Assembly: GCF_001194135.2 (NCBI RefSeq)
Contig: NC_068983.1
Coordinates: 145,710,566 to 145,762,996 of the forward strand
DNA length: 52,431 nt
DNA from: Octopus bimaculoides
Taxonomy: Eukaryota
Direction of reading: 5' to 3'
The notes beneath the pieces were generated by a model. The model saw only the letters and a program-made list of their open reading frames with translations. It was not told the DNA's origin and made no database searches. The position numbers and the translations under genes were made by a program. Of this stretch, positions 23,271 to 35,677 are shown one piece after another (positions within the stretch are counted from its first letter, which is position 1; every line of letters begins with the position of its first letter).

Positions 23271-23421
23271 GTCTCCAGATTCAGTGTTGCAGTCTGGATT
23301 GGAGAAGAAAGTGAAGTTCTCTCCCTCTAGTCCCCTTGTATGGAAAGGTTTCATTCACATGCAAGATTTAGTGAAGTTTATGACAACTGCTTATCGACTG
23401 TCTGGTCCAACAGAGCACCTT
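23271..23421 (+). CDS. DIDO1: Exon 15: SPOC start (LVWKGFIHMQDLVKF)
   Basis: atttcAG acceptor, CTT|gtaagt donor, phase 2-0. Confidence 0.93.
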
Positions 23422-23436
23422 GTAAGTTTATCATTT

Positions 23437-24518
23437 ACACAACCCAACAAGTATTTTGTCAGGACGTTTTTACCTGAAGGTTTCTTGAAGGTTTTTTTTG
23501 ATATGTTGACTTCAAAAATAGAATCCATTTTTTACCATCATCTCTAGATTTCAAGATAATCAAATCCCCCAATTTTTGCAATTTTCTTTGTTTTTTTTGA
23601 AAAAATGCATTGTTTACCTGTGAAATTTAGCATGGGTATTTATTATGATTCATATATTATTTTATTAAGAGGTAAGGGCAAACATCTGGGGATTAAAGAA
23701 TGGTTTTTAATGGACTTGAAGAGCCTTTATTTTAACCAGGTAAAAATCATCCTACCTCCACTCCATATCAAATTTGGCATTATGAAGCTCTTTGCTAAAG
23801 CTCTGGATAAAGATTGCCCATGCTTTCACTGTACCCACAGCACATTTTCTGATCTGAGCAGTGAAAAGATAAAAGGTGCATTATTTGATGGGCCTCAAAT
23901 CAGGACTTGCATTGAAGCAGCAGCATGGAATTCATTTGTAATAGTTGTAAATGATTTTTTGGGTAACAGAAATGCAGCTAACTGTGCTGAAATAGTCAAC
24001 AACATGCTGGAGAACTTTCAAAAGAGCTGCACTATCACCACAGTCACCTTGATAGATTCCCTGAAAATCTTGGTGACACAAGTGATAAAGCAGGGAGAAT
24101 GTTTCCATCAAGGTAGATGGCACTTGCATTTGATGGCAGAGTATTGCTGGAACTTAGCTTGTGATCTTCTTGAGGTTCAGCACTCAAGAAAATCATCCAA
24201 ATACAAATTCAGGGGAAATTAGGTATAAACTATGATGTAATTTGTCTAGAAATTTTATGATTTTTACTAGTTTTTCAATAGAATTTTAAGAAAACTTCCT
24301 GGTTTTGAAGAAAACCAATTTCTGTATATGTTTGTATGTTATGCCTTGTTCTTCATAAACTGTTTTAATGACAAAAACAATGAATTCAGTATTTTAAATA
24401 AAATCTTGATGTCATAATAATACATGAATGTCATATTCAGATTCAGTGTGTCTCAAAACTCCCAGTTCAGGTCCAAATTTTTCAATGACAAAGATAAAAA
24501 TATTTTTGTGGGCCTTTG
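23437..24518 (+). mobile_element. Decayed, internally deleted DNA transposon, probably Chapaev3-like (CMC)
   Basis: ORF 23605-24222 has LPPLHIKFGIMK, FDGPQIR, NDFLGN, QGECFHQ and MAEYCW motifs; ends only weakly symmetric. Family name is from memory of these motifs. Confidence 0.6.
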
Positions 24519-25282
24519 TTATCTTTATATGTTGTGTTCATTTTTATTTTTAAAAGAATACAATTAAAGCATCACCTGTAAGGCTATTGATTAATTACCT
24601 AGTTGCAATTCCTATTTGAAATTATCTTAATTTACTTTATTAAATCTTTTGGGAAATATAGTTTTCAATTTTTCTGTCTCCATTTACATGAAGGATTAAG
24701 CACCAATCTAAATACTTTACAATATATAATCAAGTACTTTACTATTCCAACTTGAAATTCTGTTGGCATCATCATTAGAAGCAGTAATAATATGCTAAAC
24801 TTTACTTAATTGAAGACAGTACTTTGTTACATTACAATATTTTCCTTATAGCCTAGTACAACTCACACTCTTAGTATTCACCATAGAACAATAATTAAAA
24901 AAAGAAAAAAAAAAAAAACAGACAGAAGTATTTCTCACCCAAAGGATTGCACAATCAATTAGTAAAGTTTGTGATTAAAAAAGTTTTTGCCTCCCTCCTC
25001 TGATATCAAATTACCCACTAATGGATACAGCCATCTCTTTCAGACTTTTCAAAAGAAGAGCAAATGAAAATATGTAATTTTGTTTTAGTGTAAATAGAAT
25101 GTTTCTGATTATCAAAATCAAGCCATTCCTAACTTCAAGAGTTCATCATCATCATCATCATCAGTTTTGTAAATTTTTCTTGAAACAGGGAGTAAAGATT
25201 AGTAATGGGGTTTTGTGACGAACCTTTGCTATATCTGTTTCTAGTAGTTGATAAATGTTTCTTTATTGTTGTTGTGCTTCAG

Positions 25283-25372
25283 GAACTTCAAGATACTGTT
25301 CATGTTTGTGGTCGTATTGCCCCAGAGTTAATATGGGATTATTTAAACCGTATCAAACAGACAGGCTCAAGA
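25283..25372 (+). CDS. DIDO1: Exon 16: SPOC (VCGRIAPELIWDYL)
   Basis: cttcAG acceptor, AGA|gtgagt donor, 90 nt. Confidence 0.94.
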
Positions 25373-25513
25373 GTGAGTAGAAATAACATTTTTTTTCACT
25401 TCTTTTACTTCCCCTCTTTCAACCATTCCCCTGCTATCTCTCTTTTGTTCCCTTATTCTTATTTTCACTATTTTACTAGTTTTTGAAAACGTTTTTTCAC
25501 TTTCTTTTTACAG

Positions 25514-25709
25514 GATATTTGTGTGTTGCGCTTTCTCCCTGGAACATTTGATGAAAAGAATGCATATGTCATGCTTTATTCATATCTGAATAGCCGGGGC
25601 CGTTGTGGAGTGGTTGGCAACAACAGCCGCCACATCAAAGACATGTATATTGTACCTTTGGCATCTCATAGCAAAATACCAGCTGTCCTTTTGCCATTTG
25701 ATGAACCAG
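25514..25709 (+). CDS. DIDO1: Exon 17: SPOC (SRGRCGVVGNNSRHIKDMYIVPL)
   Basis: ttacAG acceptor, G|gtaaat donor, phase 0-1. Confidence 0.94.
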
Positions 25710-25822
25710 GTAAATTATTACTTACTTTGGCTCTTTAAGCTTGCTTATTTCATATTTGATGTTTTGCAGACACCATGTCTGTTTTGATCTTTGTGGGTGT
25801 TTCAGTTTTGTTCAGTCTAAAG

Positions 25823-26099
25823 CAGTGGTTCCCAAAGTGGGCAGTATTACCCCACTGGGGGCAGTGGAATGAGCCAGGAGAGTGTTGAAGAAAAGTGAGA
25901 TGATTATGAGGTGGCCAAATGGGGTGATAAATGTAAAAAAAATATTAATAGGTTAATTAAGTTTTATTTGTGAAATACAGTGGTTTTAAATTTGCTGCAG
26001 AAAGTGGTCTATATTTGTGGTGGGGAGGGGGAGGGGTCGTTAGGAATGTGGTGTGGGTGCCAAGTGGGGCGGTAGCCTGAAAAAGTTTGGGAACCACTG
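25823..26099. mobile_element. hAT (Charlie-type) MITE
   Basis: Perfect 14-bp TIR cagtggttcccaaa/tttgggaaccactg and perfect 8-bp TSD gtctaaag (25815-25822, 26100-26107). Confidence 0.93.
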
Positions 26100-26234
26100 G
26101 TCTAAAGTGTGTTTATTCATGTGCTGAATATTCTGCTGATTTGATATAAATATGAACTTTGTTACTTTCACCTTTCACTGTGGAGCATGCCATTACACAT
26201 TCTTTATTTTCTCTCCTTGTTTCCTTCTGTGTTC

Positions 26235-26271
26235 CTTTCTGTGGAAGAGCATAGGCTCGAAATGTTAAAAG
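26235..26271 (+). ncRNA. Atypical minimal hammerhead-like motif in a Penelope-like repeat
   Basis: CTTT-CTGTGGA-A-GAGC atag GCTC-GAAA-TGTT-A-AAAG: stems I and II pair; the core deviates at A6. Confidence 0.45.
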
Positions 26272-26843
26272 ACTTGTTCACTTCCTAAGCATTAAACTAA
26301 TACATCTGTTTGTTGTCTACACTACCTGTCTTAGTCTTTTTTTTTTTTTTTTNNNNNNNNNNNNNNNNNNNNNNNNNNNNNNNNNNNNNNNNNNNNNNNN
26401 NNNNNNNNNNNNNNNNNNNNNNNNNNNNNNNNNNNNNNNNNNNNNNNNNNNNNNNNNNNNNNNNNNNNNNNNNNNNNNNNNNNNNNNNNNNNNNNNNNNN
26501 NNNNNNNNNNNNNNNNNNNNNNNNNNNNNNNNNNNNNNNNNNNNNNNNNNNNNNNNNNNNNNNNNNNNNNNNNNNNNNNNNNNNNNNNNNNNNNNNNNNN
26601 NNNNNNNNNNNNNNNNNNNNNNNNNNNNNNNNNNNNNNNNNNNNNNNNNNNNNNNNNNNNNNNNNNNNNNNNNNNNNNNNNNNNNNNNNNNNNNNNNNNN
26701 NNNNNNNNNNNNNNNNNNNNNNNNNNNNNNAGAGATAAAGAGAATTTACAAAAAAGCAAAAGACGAAGCCGGGTTTGTAAACAACAAACAGATGTATTAG
26801 TTTAACGCTTGGGAAGTGAGAAAGTCTTTTACATTTTGAGCCT
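26253..26843. repeat. ~88-bp inverted repeat pair (26253-26340 / 26757-26843) flanking an assembly gap
   Basis: aggctcgaaatgttaaaagacttgttcacttcctaagcattaaactaatacatctgtttgttg versus the reverse complement of the right arm. Confidence 0.85.
26353..26730. other. Assembly gap (378 N)
   Basis: N run. Confidence 1.
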
Positions 26844-27377
26844 GTAAAGATAATTGACCTGATAAAATAATATAAAAAGAGAATTAGTAATAACCAGATT
26901 CCATTATCATCATCATTGTTTAATATTTGTTTTCTATGCTGGCAGTTCAAATGCAACACTAATCATTTTGCACTTCATCCATATGAGGTCAGTAGAATAG
27001 GTGATAGTCATGTACTAACATATTAACATTGATTCAGTTGACTCTTTCTTTCCTAGAGATATGTGCTAATTAAAGAAATCACCAGTCTTATTTTTTCGTA
27101 TAAAAACATATAAGCATTGTAAAGCAAAATGCTCTGTTGGCAAGTCAGAACTGTGAACTACTTTCAATTTTGCATTAATGCAGATTCACCTTTATTATGT
27201 TGCTAATGTCTTTGGGAAAGTTATCAATATCAAAAGTTTCTATTAACCTGCTTCTTCTTATTTAAAAAGAAACAATCATTAAAAAATTTTTTTTACTCTT
27301 TTTTACCCAAATTTTGATTTACTGTCTTTGTTTTATCCTCTCTTCAATAAACTGACATGTTAAAAAATTCTGTTTAG

Positions 27378-27941
27378 GTCTAGAAGATAACAGACCACAC
27401 ATGTTACTTGGTGTGATAGTCCGGCAGAAAGTATGCAAGCGTCCAGGGGAACAGTTGGCTGCAAGCGCAGGCCAAGCAGTGATGTTATCAGAAGCTGAAC
27501 TGCAAACTAAACGATTGAAGTATGATCCTACTTTACCTTCAACAACTGTGAATATTCCAAAAATAGAGTCGTCAGCTGCTAGCCAACCTGTTCGGTATGA
27601 TCCATTTCAACCAGCCACTCTACCAAAATACACTCCAAGTTCTACTCTTCAGGACACACCAGCTGACTTGCAATCTAGTGGTTCAAGTAGCTTGACAAGT
27701 GGAAAGGAGACCAAATATTACAATCCAGTACCAGTTAAAGAACAGTTCTACACACCATCTCTTGTTCTAAGTAGCAGTAAAAATGACCGACTGAAGCAAC
27801 CGTCTCCCAGTCCTGTGGATTCTTCAACATCTGATTCACCTGAAAATGTCAGTTCTTGTATAAATGATCCAATTGTCAAAGCGTATGGCAAATTAAACTC
27901 TGATTCTGAACTCAACAGCAGCACTCCAACTGAAGATCTAA
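27378..27941 (+). CDS. DIDO1: Exon 18: SPOC end (GLEDNRPHMLLGVIVRQK) plus Ser/Pro region
   Basis: gtttAG acceptor, A|gtaagt donor, phase 1-1. Confidence 0.92.
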
Positions 27942-29199
27942 GTAAGTGAAAGGATTTCCATTGTTTCATTTATATTTTGGTCTTCTATTTTCACATCTTT
28001 ATATTTTGGTAATCCTTCCATTTAGAGAAGCATCATTGTCTGTCAAGCTCGGTACTTTGTCTAGGAGACACTTGACAACAGTAGCCTTTTGATCTGCTTC
28101 AATCTCTCTGCTGGTATAGATCAGCATATCTCACTGTAAAGTTGCTTTTTCATTCTTTGACACCTTTCCAGGTGTATGGTTAGATTAACTTTTTTCTTTT
28201 GCTATTTTGTAATGTTGACATAACTTGCAGTATATGTAACTCCCCGTCTTGGTAGTAGATTCTCTCTTGCGTAAGACTGGGCAGCCAGAGCCAATACAGT
28301 TAATTGTTTATTTCTAAATTGCACTTAATCTGCTGTTATTTCATGTGTTTTGCTTCATTACGTGCCCCTTGTGGTTTCTGTTGCTAAGGCTTTGATATTC
28401 CACCATCAATAATCCTTCAACTTCATTTGTAAGTCTTGTTCTTCTTAGCTAATTTGCCATTTTTCCTCGCCTATTTCCATACTGTTTAGTTTTTTCAGGT
28501 TTTGACCATATAAAAGCTTTTCTAACTATCATTTTCACACAGCATTCTGTAACCCAATTTTTAATTTAGCATTTTTATCATTTGTTGTTTCTCCTTTCTC
28601 CTCAAGACTCTTTGCCACTTCAGCTTCTGTTTGGTATTTGTAGCTTCCTTGAAGACAGAAAACAGCCTTTTCTTTTATTTGCATTTTATAGCTATTTGTA
28701 TTCATGTTCCAATGTTGGAGTCATTGAGGGGTTGTGAGGCCACTACAAAATAATTGATACTGGCGTTCTAACCAAAGAAGCAATGATTTGTATGCTAATA
28801 GTAGTAGTGTTATACTGTCTTTTAGTCAAGGCACTTAACATTTTCTGTGTCATTCTACTTGAGAAATAACCCTATAAGTAACAAGTATTTTGCTAGCTCT
28901 TTGTACTTGGTTACAGTTCAACAACATACAAAGTATAGACAGCAAAAAACACCAGCAGTATATCTCCTGTTAGATAATCCTGAATTGTGTTAGCTTTTTA
29001 TTGAGAGTAGTACACTTTTTAGTGTAATTTTAATTTGCAAGGTTATCGGATTAGGTTTTTCTAGGTTTATAAAGACAGCAGCTTAAAAACTGTATTTTAA
29101 TGTTTTAGCCAAATTTAATATTTAAACTTAGTAATTGAAACAAATCAAAGTTTTAAAATGACTGCATAATGTAAATTATTTATTTTTTTTAATTTACAG

Positions 29200-32100
29200 G
29201 TACCGCACCTTATTCTCCAACACAATATGAACCTACCCAAACTTCATTTCTTGATAGTCATGAGGACAAAATCAGTGGAGGGGTGGGATCGGTTGACCAG
29301 GACTCTGATGAACTGGACAATGAAAAACCATATGATCCAGAAGAGTGTGATTTTGATGCGGAAGATGACTCTCCGCCTCCCCCTCCCCCTCCACCACCAC
29401 CCCTTTCTACAACAGTAGGACTGAATGCACTTAAAAATCAGATCAGCTCTACAGTCTCAACAACAACAGCAACAACTACTGCTGCAAGCACTGTTGAGGA
29501 TTTATTCAACAAAATCAAGAAATCTACTCTGCCTTCTAGTCTTGCTGCTGCATCTACTAGTGGCCAGCAAAACAAGCCAGAAATGAAGGATCTCCTAGGT
29601 GAATTCACACAGAGGATAGCAGACAAAAAGCCAGAAAGCACTGCACCCAAACCAGCTGCTGGTAGTTTACCTACTGCCCTCCAGAATCTCTTCAGCCAAG
29701 TATCTCGCAGTACTCTCTCAGCAAACCAGCCCCAAAGCTCTGGGCCAGCCCCTAAAGCAACTAATGCAGCTGCCAATGTATTGCTGCCTATAAAGCTTGC
29801 TGCTGGTGGTAATTCAGTTTTGAGTAATTTAGTCACGTCTAGTATGTCTCAGCCATCTGGTACTTATAGTAACAGCAGTAATAGCTCTATGGGTCTGGCT
29901 TCTGAGCCAGTGAACACTAACACTGGTGCATTGAACTTGTTGTCTTTGACAACCACATCTTCTATACAGCCAACACCAAGTCCACTTGCTTCTGTAGCAA
30001 GCTCTTTACCAAAAGACCAAGCTTTATCGTCACTGGTGCAAAGTTCACCAATTTCAGTTGCTGGTTGGTCAAAGATTGCAGAAACCTTGGCTTCATTAGC
30101 TAAGGTTCATAGTGTGAACCTGCCAGCACAAAATCAAGCTGCAGGACTCCATTCTAATAGTACAACTGGCTGTATTACTGCCATCACTCCTACCACTACC
30201 ACCACTACCATTAATTCTAACACATCTCTGCCTTCTACTCCAACAATTGACACTGCTATTACTACTTCCACAGCTATCCACTCCACTACTACCACTACAG
30301 CTACTACCACTAACAATAGTGGATTAACTCAGTCTAGTTTCTCTGCATTTTCACTGGGTGGCAATAGATCAAATCTCTCTGGTAGCCAAAAGACAGTATC
30401 TCAGTATGAAAAGTTTGACTCCACAGCATCCCATTTAACTAACATTGAAAAGAAGCCAGAAAATGCAGCCTCTAAAACATCCGAAACTAATAAGGGGTCA
30501 AGTGTTCGAATAGCTTTCTCCACAGGGCCAAAACACCCTTTAATTCCTCATGCTGTTTTTAAGGAAGATGAAAAACCAAAAGTGACAGCACTAATGTCAG
30601 AACCTAAAATTCCAGGGCTTGGTTTAGATGAAGAAGAGGAAATAGTGACAGTTTCAAACCAAGCTCTGAAAGATAATGCCTTTCTCAGTCGTGCTAAGTT
30701 TGAGACTTTGACAACCTTAGGTAAAACAGATACTTTCTTGCCCAGTGGTGTGAAAACAGATTCTTTCCCATCTCGTGGTCTTAATCCAGATTCCTTCATA
30801 AACAACTGGAAAGGGGTAGAGAACAGCAATGAATCTGTAAATGTGTCTGGTAAGTCTGAAAATGATGAGAAAGTTCAGCTAGAACCTTCAAAAGCAGCTG
30901 AAATATTGTTAGATTCTACGAAAATTCAATCATCTGAAAGTCTTGTAGATAATCAGAAAAATGAGACACCTCAGTATGAGGTTTCGAATGTTGTAAAAAG
31001 CAAGTTTGAAAATAACAAAGAATCAATAAAGAACCGTTCATTTGAAGGACATCAAGAACCACCTGCTCGATCTAGAGAAAGTCATCATGATTCTAAGAGT
31101 CGACCAAGTAGTGACTCATCGAAAGATAGTCGCAGACAATCTGATAGTGACCGTAAAAGAAGTCATTACTCTGATAGCGGTTCCTCCAAAAGCAGCAGCA
31201 GTCGCTATTCTGAACGTAGCGAACGTCATGGATACTCGAGGCATTCCAGAAGTAGAGACTATTCTGACAAACGTGATAGAGACTACCGAAAGGACTATAG
31301 TAACACTGAGTCACGAAATCGAGATCGTGATTATGATCGAGACCGTGACAGGGACAGGGACAGAGACTATGAACATAGTTCTTCTAGATCTCGTGACAGA
31401 TCTCGGGATCGCAAGGACTACAGGAGGTCATCTAGTTCTAAAGGGGATGAACGCTCCTCATCTAAAAAGAGTTCTGAAAAGGGAGATAAATTTGTGTCTA
31501 CTGCTAGTGAAGAGAGTAATCGATATGGTGATGTAGATGAGAGGAAGAAAATGTATTCAACAACACCGGCTTACCCAGAAGCAGGCAGTAGGTTCTCTGC
31601 TGATAAAAAAGATATGGCATCATTCCACAGTGGTGCTAAACAGTTCAAAGATGCTGATGGTAAGAGTGAAGGCAAAGATTATAAAGCTATTTCTTTCATG
31701 AGCCAAGATCAAGATCTCCGTAAAGGCCTATCTGGAGTGCCAAACACTTCTATACCAGCTGTTGCACAACCTATTCCAACATTAACATCTAATATTCATG
31801 AAGAGTTTCCTCGAGATGTAGACCACCGCAAACATAGCCTGTCTTGGCAGGGTGCCTATGAGCCTAACAACAAAGATACTACTGAAGAATCAAATGCTTC
31901 TTTTTGGAGCAGTCACGGTGATGTTGATTACCGTACACAAACCAGTTCTGTTATTGCAGCCTCTAGAACTGCTGCTCACCCTCCTGTATTACCATCTGGT
32001 AATCTAGCAGGGTGGGGGAGTCATCCAGTGCCTGGACAGCCTACAGCCAGTGCACCTTCCAATTTTCAGCCCATTTCCACTGTTCTCCATCAACGGTCAG

Positions 32101-33896
32101 TAAATGCCAAACCAGGTAATCTCATGGAAACTGGCAATCAAGCTGACCAAGATATGAGGAAACAGTCACGACCAGGTATACCCCCCAAAATAGATGTCAT
32201 TCTTCCACGACCTACAGCAAAAGACTTTTTTGGCAGTGTGGAATCTGAAAGCAGTGATTCAGTTACTCAGCCCCCATCACTTTTCGAAGTAGATTCCTCA
32301 ATTCATTCCAGAACTTCAGCTCCTTTTAAATCTCATGGAAATTCTAATGAATCTCTAGGTTCATTGCACCCAGTAATGAGTAAGTGGAGTACCACCCAAG
32401 AGAAACTAGTGCCACCTGGATTAGCTTCTCCATTAGATGTGGATGACCGCCCAAATGCTTATCGGACGGCTAACACAGCAGTATCACCAGCCGGCCAAGG
32501 TTTGCCAGGTGACTCCTTAAGTTCATCCCAATTGCTTAAAGTGCCCCCTGTAGATTCATCACACACCCAAGAAGCTGTGTTTTACACAACTGCTGCAACT
32601 AGTCATTCTGAACTTACTCCCAACAGCAGTGGTGGCACTACTATGTCAGCTGCACCTCAAGAAACCCGTCCACTCATGTCAGTAGCGAATTCCTCTTCTG
32701 TGATCGATCCAGACTCGTTATCATCAGTTGGTAAGGGGCAGATACCTCTCCCATATTGCACACCCAATCCTACTTCATCTCATCAAGGATATGCTCCACC
32801 ACCTCCACCCCCTCCTCCTCCTCCCCCTCAGCACATGCAGCCTGCTGTTGAAATTTCGTCAGACAGGCTGCAACAAAGTGCTCAGTGGGAGGGCTGTACA
32901 TCTACCTCAAGTATAGCTTTGTCTGAGCACTCTGCACCACCACCACCACCTCAACAACAACAACCCCCATCACAACCACAAGCTAAACTCCAGCAACATA
33001 TCACCGGTAGGACTGAACATGAGGTCAGTAACAGTAGCCTGCTGAAGTCCCACCACCAACTACAGCAGACTTGGTCTCAAGTAGATTCTTCCAAGCAACC
33101 ACAACTACCACCACCGCCGCCACCACCACCACCACCACATCAGCAACCCTTAGTTGTCTCTGTTGGTCAGTATTATGAACATGCAAGTTATAGTGATGTC
33201 TCACCAGTTACAGTAGCATCAAACATTTCATTTTCATCCACACCACCACCACCACCACCTCCGCTGTCTTCATCGTCTTCATCAACGCCGTCATCTACCA
33301 CCACAGTGGCCAGCGGCGGGACCCCTGGCTCCTTGCCACCACCCCCACCCCCACCACCATCCCAGACACCCACCATTCCACCAGTTGGTCAGTCATCAGT
33401 GAGACCTGGCCTGGGTGGGCAGTACACTCAACTGCGAGAGCGGGGTGGAGGGTATGGTGGGGAAAGTGCTGTCTCTGGCGGATCACCATCACAACCACCT
33501 CCGCCACCCTCATCACTGCATCGAGGCTCTCGGTTCCTCAACCCACCACCTCCTCCACCACCGATGCAGTCAGCACCTTCTCAGCCCCAGCCATTACAGC
33601 CACCTATTCCTGGCAGCGGCGGAAGCAGCAGCAGCAGTAGTAGTAGCCCTTATAATATGCCCCCCCGGACAGACTTTCCAACAGGACAACTGCCAGGGCA
33701 GCGAGGTTTTGCAGGTGGTCCCAGACAAGGTTTCCAACCGCCAAGAACTAATTTCAATGCTGGCCCACATGGCAGCGTTGGTGGAAATGGTGGCAGCAAC
33801 AACAACAATAACAATAATAGCAGTGTCCCTAGGGATGAGCAAGGAAGTGGAAGTGGGCAGTATTCACACCATCGAGGGGTTAGCCGTTTTAACTGA
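29200..33896 (+). CDS. DIDO1: Exon 19 (terminal, 4.7 kb): PYDPEE motif, RS/RD region, poly-Pro and G/P/F/R-rich C-terminus
   Basis: tttacAG acceptor, phase 1, continuous with ORF 29283-33896, stop TGA. Confidence 0.92.
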
Positions 33897-33954
33897 AAAG
33901 GTCGGTATATGACAATGAAAATTACATTACCCACTTAAAGAATGGATTATGATT

Positions 33955-33979
33955 AATTTTATTATTATCATTATTATTA

Positions 33980-34019
<40 letters not shown>

Positions 34020-34070
34020 TATTATTATTATTATTATTTTTACTACTACTATTACAACAACTATTATTTT
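33955..34070. repeat. (ATT)n/(ACT)n microsatellite in the presumed 3' UTR
   Basis: Direct reading. Confidence 0.9.
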
Positions 34071-34190
34071 TATTTGGGAGTGCCAATAACTGAATACAAT
34101 AAACTCATATAAAAAATTTTTTCCCCAATTACTACTAATATTTTTTTTTTCCCGTTTCACTCACCTTCAATTTGTCACCTCTCTCTCTCT

Positions 34191-34640
34191 NNNNNNNNNN
34201 NNNNNNNNNNNNNNNNNNNNNNNNNNNNNNNNNNNNNNNNNNNNNNNNNNNNNNNNNNNNNNNNNNNNNNNNNNNNNNNNNNNNNNNNNNNNNNNNNNNN
34301 NNNNNNNNNNNNNNNNNNNNNNNNNNNNNNNNNNNNNNNNNNNNNNNNNNNNNNNNNNNNNNNNNNNNNNNNNNNNNNNNNNNNNNNNNNNNNNNNNNNN
34401 NNNNNNNNNNNNNNNNNNNNNNNNNNNNNNNNNNNNNNNNNNNNNNNNNNNNNNNNNNNNNNNNNNNNNNNNNNNNNNNNNNNNNNNNNNNNNNNNNNNN
34501 NNNNNNNNNNNNNNNNNNNNNNNNNNNNNNNNNNNNNNNNNNNNNNNNNNNNNNNNNNNNNNNNNNNNNNNNNNNNNNNNNNNNNNNNNNNNNNNNNNNN
34601 NNNNNNNNNNNNNNNNNNNNNNNNNNNNNNNNNNNNNNNN
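34191..34640. other. Assembly gap (450 N)
   Basis: N run. Confidence 1.
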
Positions 34641-35334
34641 TTTTTTTGTCCTCCAATTTGGTTTTTTTTTTTTTTTCACTCTCAACAAACTATTTTTTAT
34701 ATTAGGGAGAAGAAAGTTGAAGAATTTTAGTGGAAATGAAAACAACTAATAAAACAATTGGAATTTAGCCGATGATCTTGAAGAAGAGGAAATGGGAAGT
34801 GAAAAAAGAAAATATGAATCAATAATAAAAGACTGTTTTTAGAAATTACCACTATTTGTGGCATTTGGAATAGAGAGGTTTCCTAGCAGCTCACTATTTT
34901 GCAGAGAAAGGGAAGCCGGCTAAGGCTTCATTAAATGAAGAAAAAGAGAAGGTTACTTAAAGGCTGTGTGTGCAAGTTTGTGTATGTATAGAAAAAAATA
35001 TATATATGTATCTTATGTGTGCATGTATATATGTATATATAATATATATGTGAGTGGGTGTATATATATATGTATATATAAAATCATCGTTTTAATGTCT
35101 ACTATTCCATGCTTGCATGGGTCAGATAGCATTTTTTGAGATAGCCAGATTTTCTACAGCCAGATCTTCACCTGTTTCCAAACAAGGTAATGTTTCTTTT
35201 ATGCATGAGCAGCTCAGTGGTCAGACATGTTTTCACAGAAGATTACAAACAAAACCCGCTATTTCTATGACCATGATGCTTGTTTATGATGAACTCTTGA
35301 TGCCAAGGCAAGGAGACACAATAATGCTTACACA

Positions 35335-35512
35335 CACACACACACACACACAGTAGGCTTCCCTTCAGCTTCCTATCAAATTTACTTGCAAGGCTTTGGT
35401 CAGCCTCGGGCAATAATAGATGCTTGACCAAGGTGTGACATAGTGGGACTGACTCACCAAACTACATGGTTGTATAGTAAATATCTTGACCACACAAGCT
35501 ATTTCTGTGCCA
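35335..35512 (-). mobile_element. SINE family A, diverged
   Basis: Core aaggctttggtcagcctcgggc...ccaaggtg...agtgggactga on the plus strand, with CA tail. Confidence 0.65.
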
Positions 35513-35513
35513 T

Positions 35514-35555
<42 letters not shown>

Positions 35556-35631
35556 TATATATCGCATGTATGGTTGTATGTATGTATATATATATATGTA
35601 TATGTATATATGTGTAAAAATATGTGACACT

Positions 35632-35677
<46 letters not shown>

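Larger units (their letters stand above)
423..33896 (+). other. DIDO1: DIDO1/PHF3 (pps/BYE1)-family gene, 19 coding exons in window, probably 5'-incomplete
   Basis: Manual splicing: all introns GT..AG, cumulative CDS 10,734 nt with consistent phases, TGA at 33894-33896. Domain order PHD-BRK-TFIIS_M-SPOC. Invertebrates usually have one co-ortholog of DIDO1 and PHF3, so the symbol is approximate. Confidence 0.93.
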
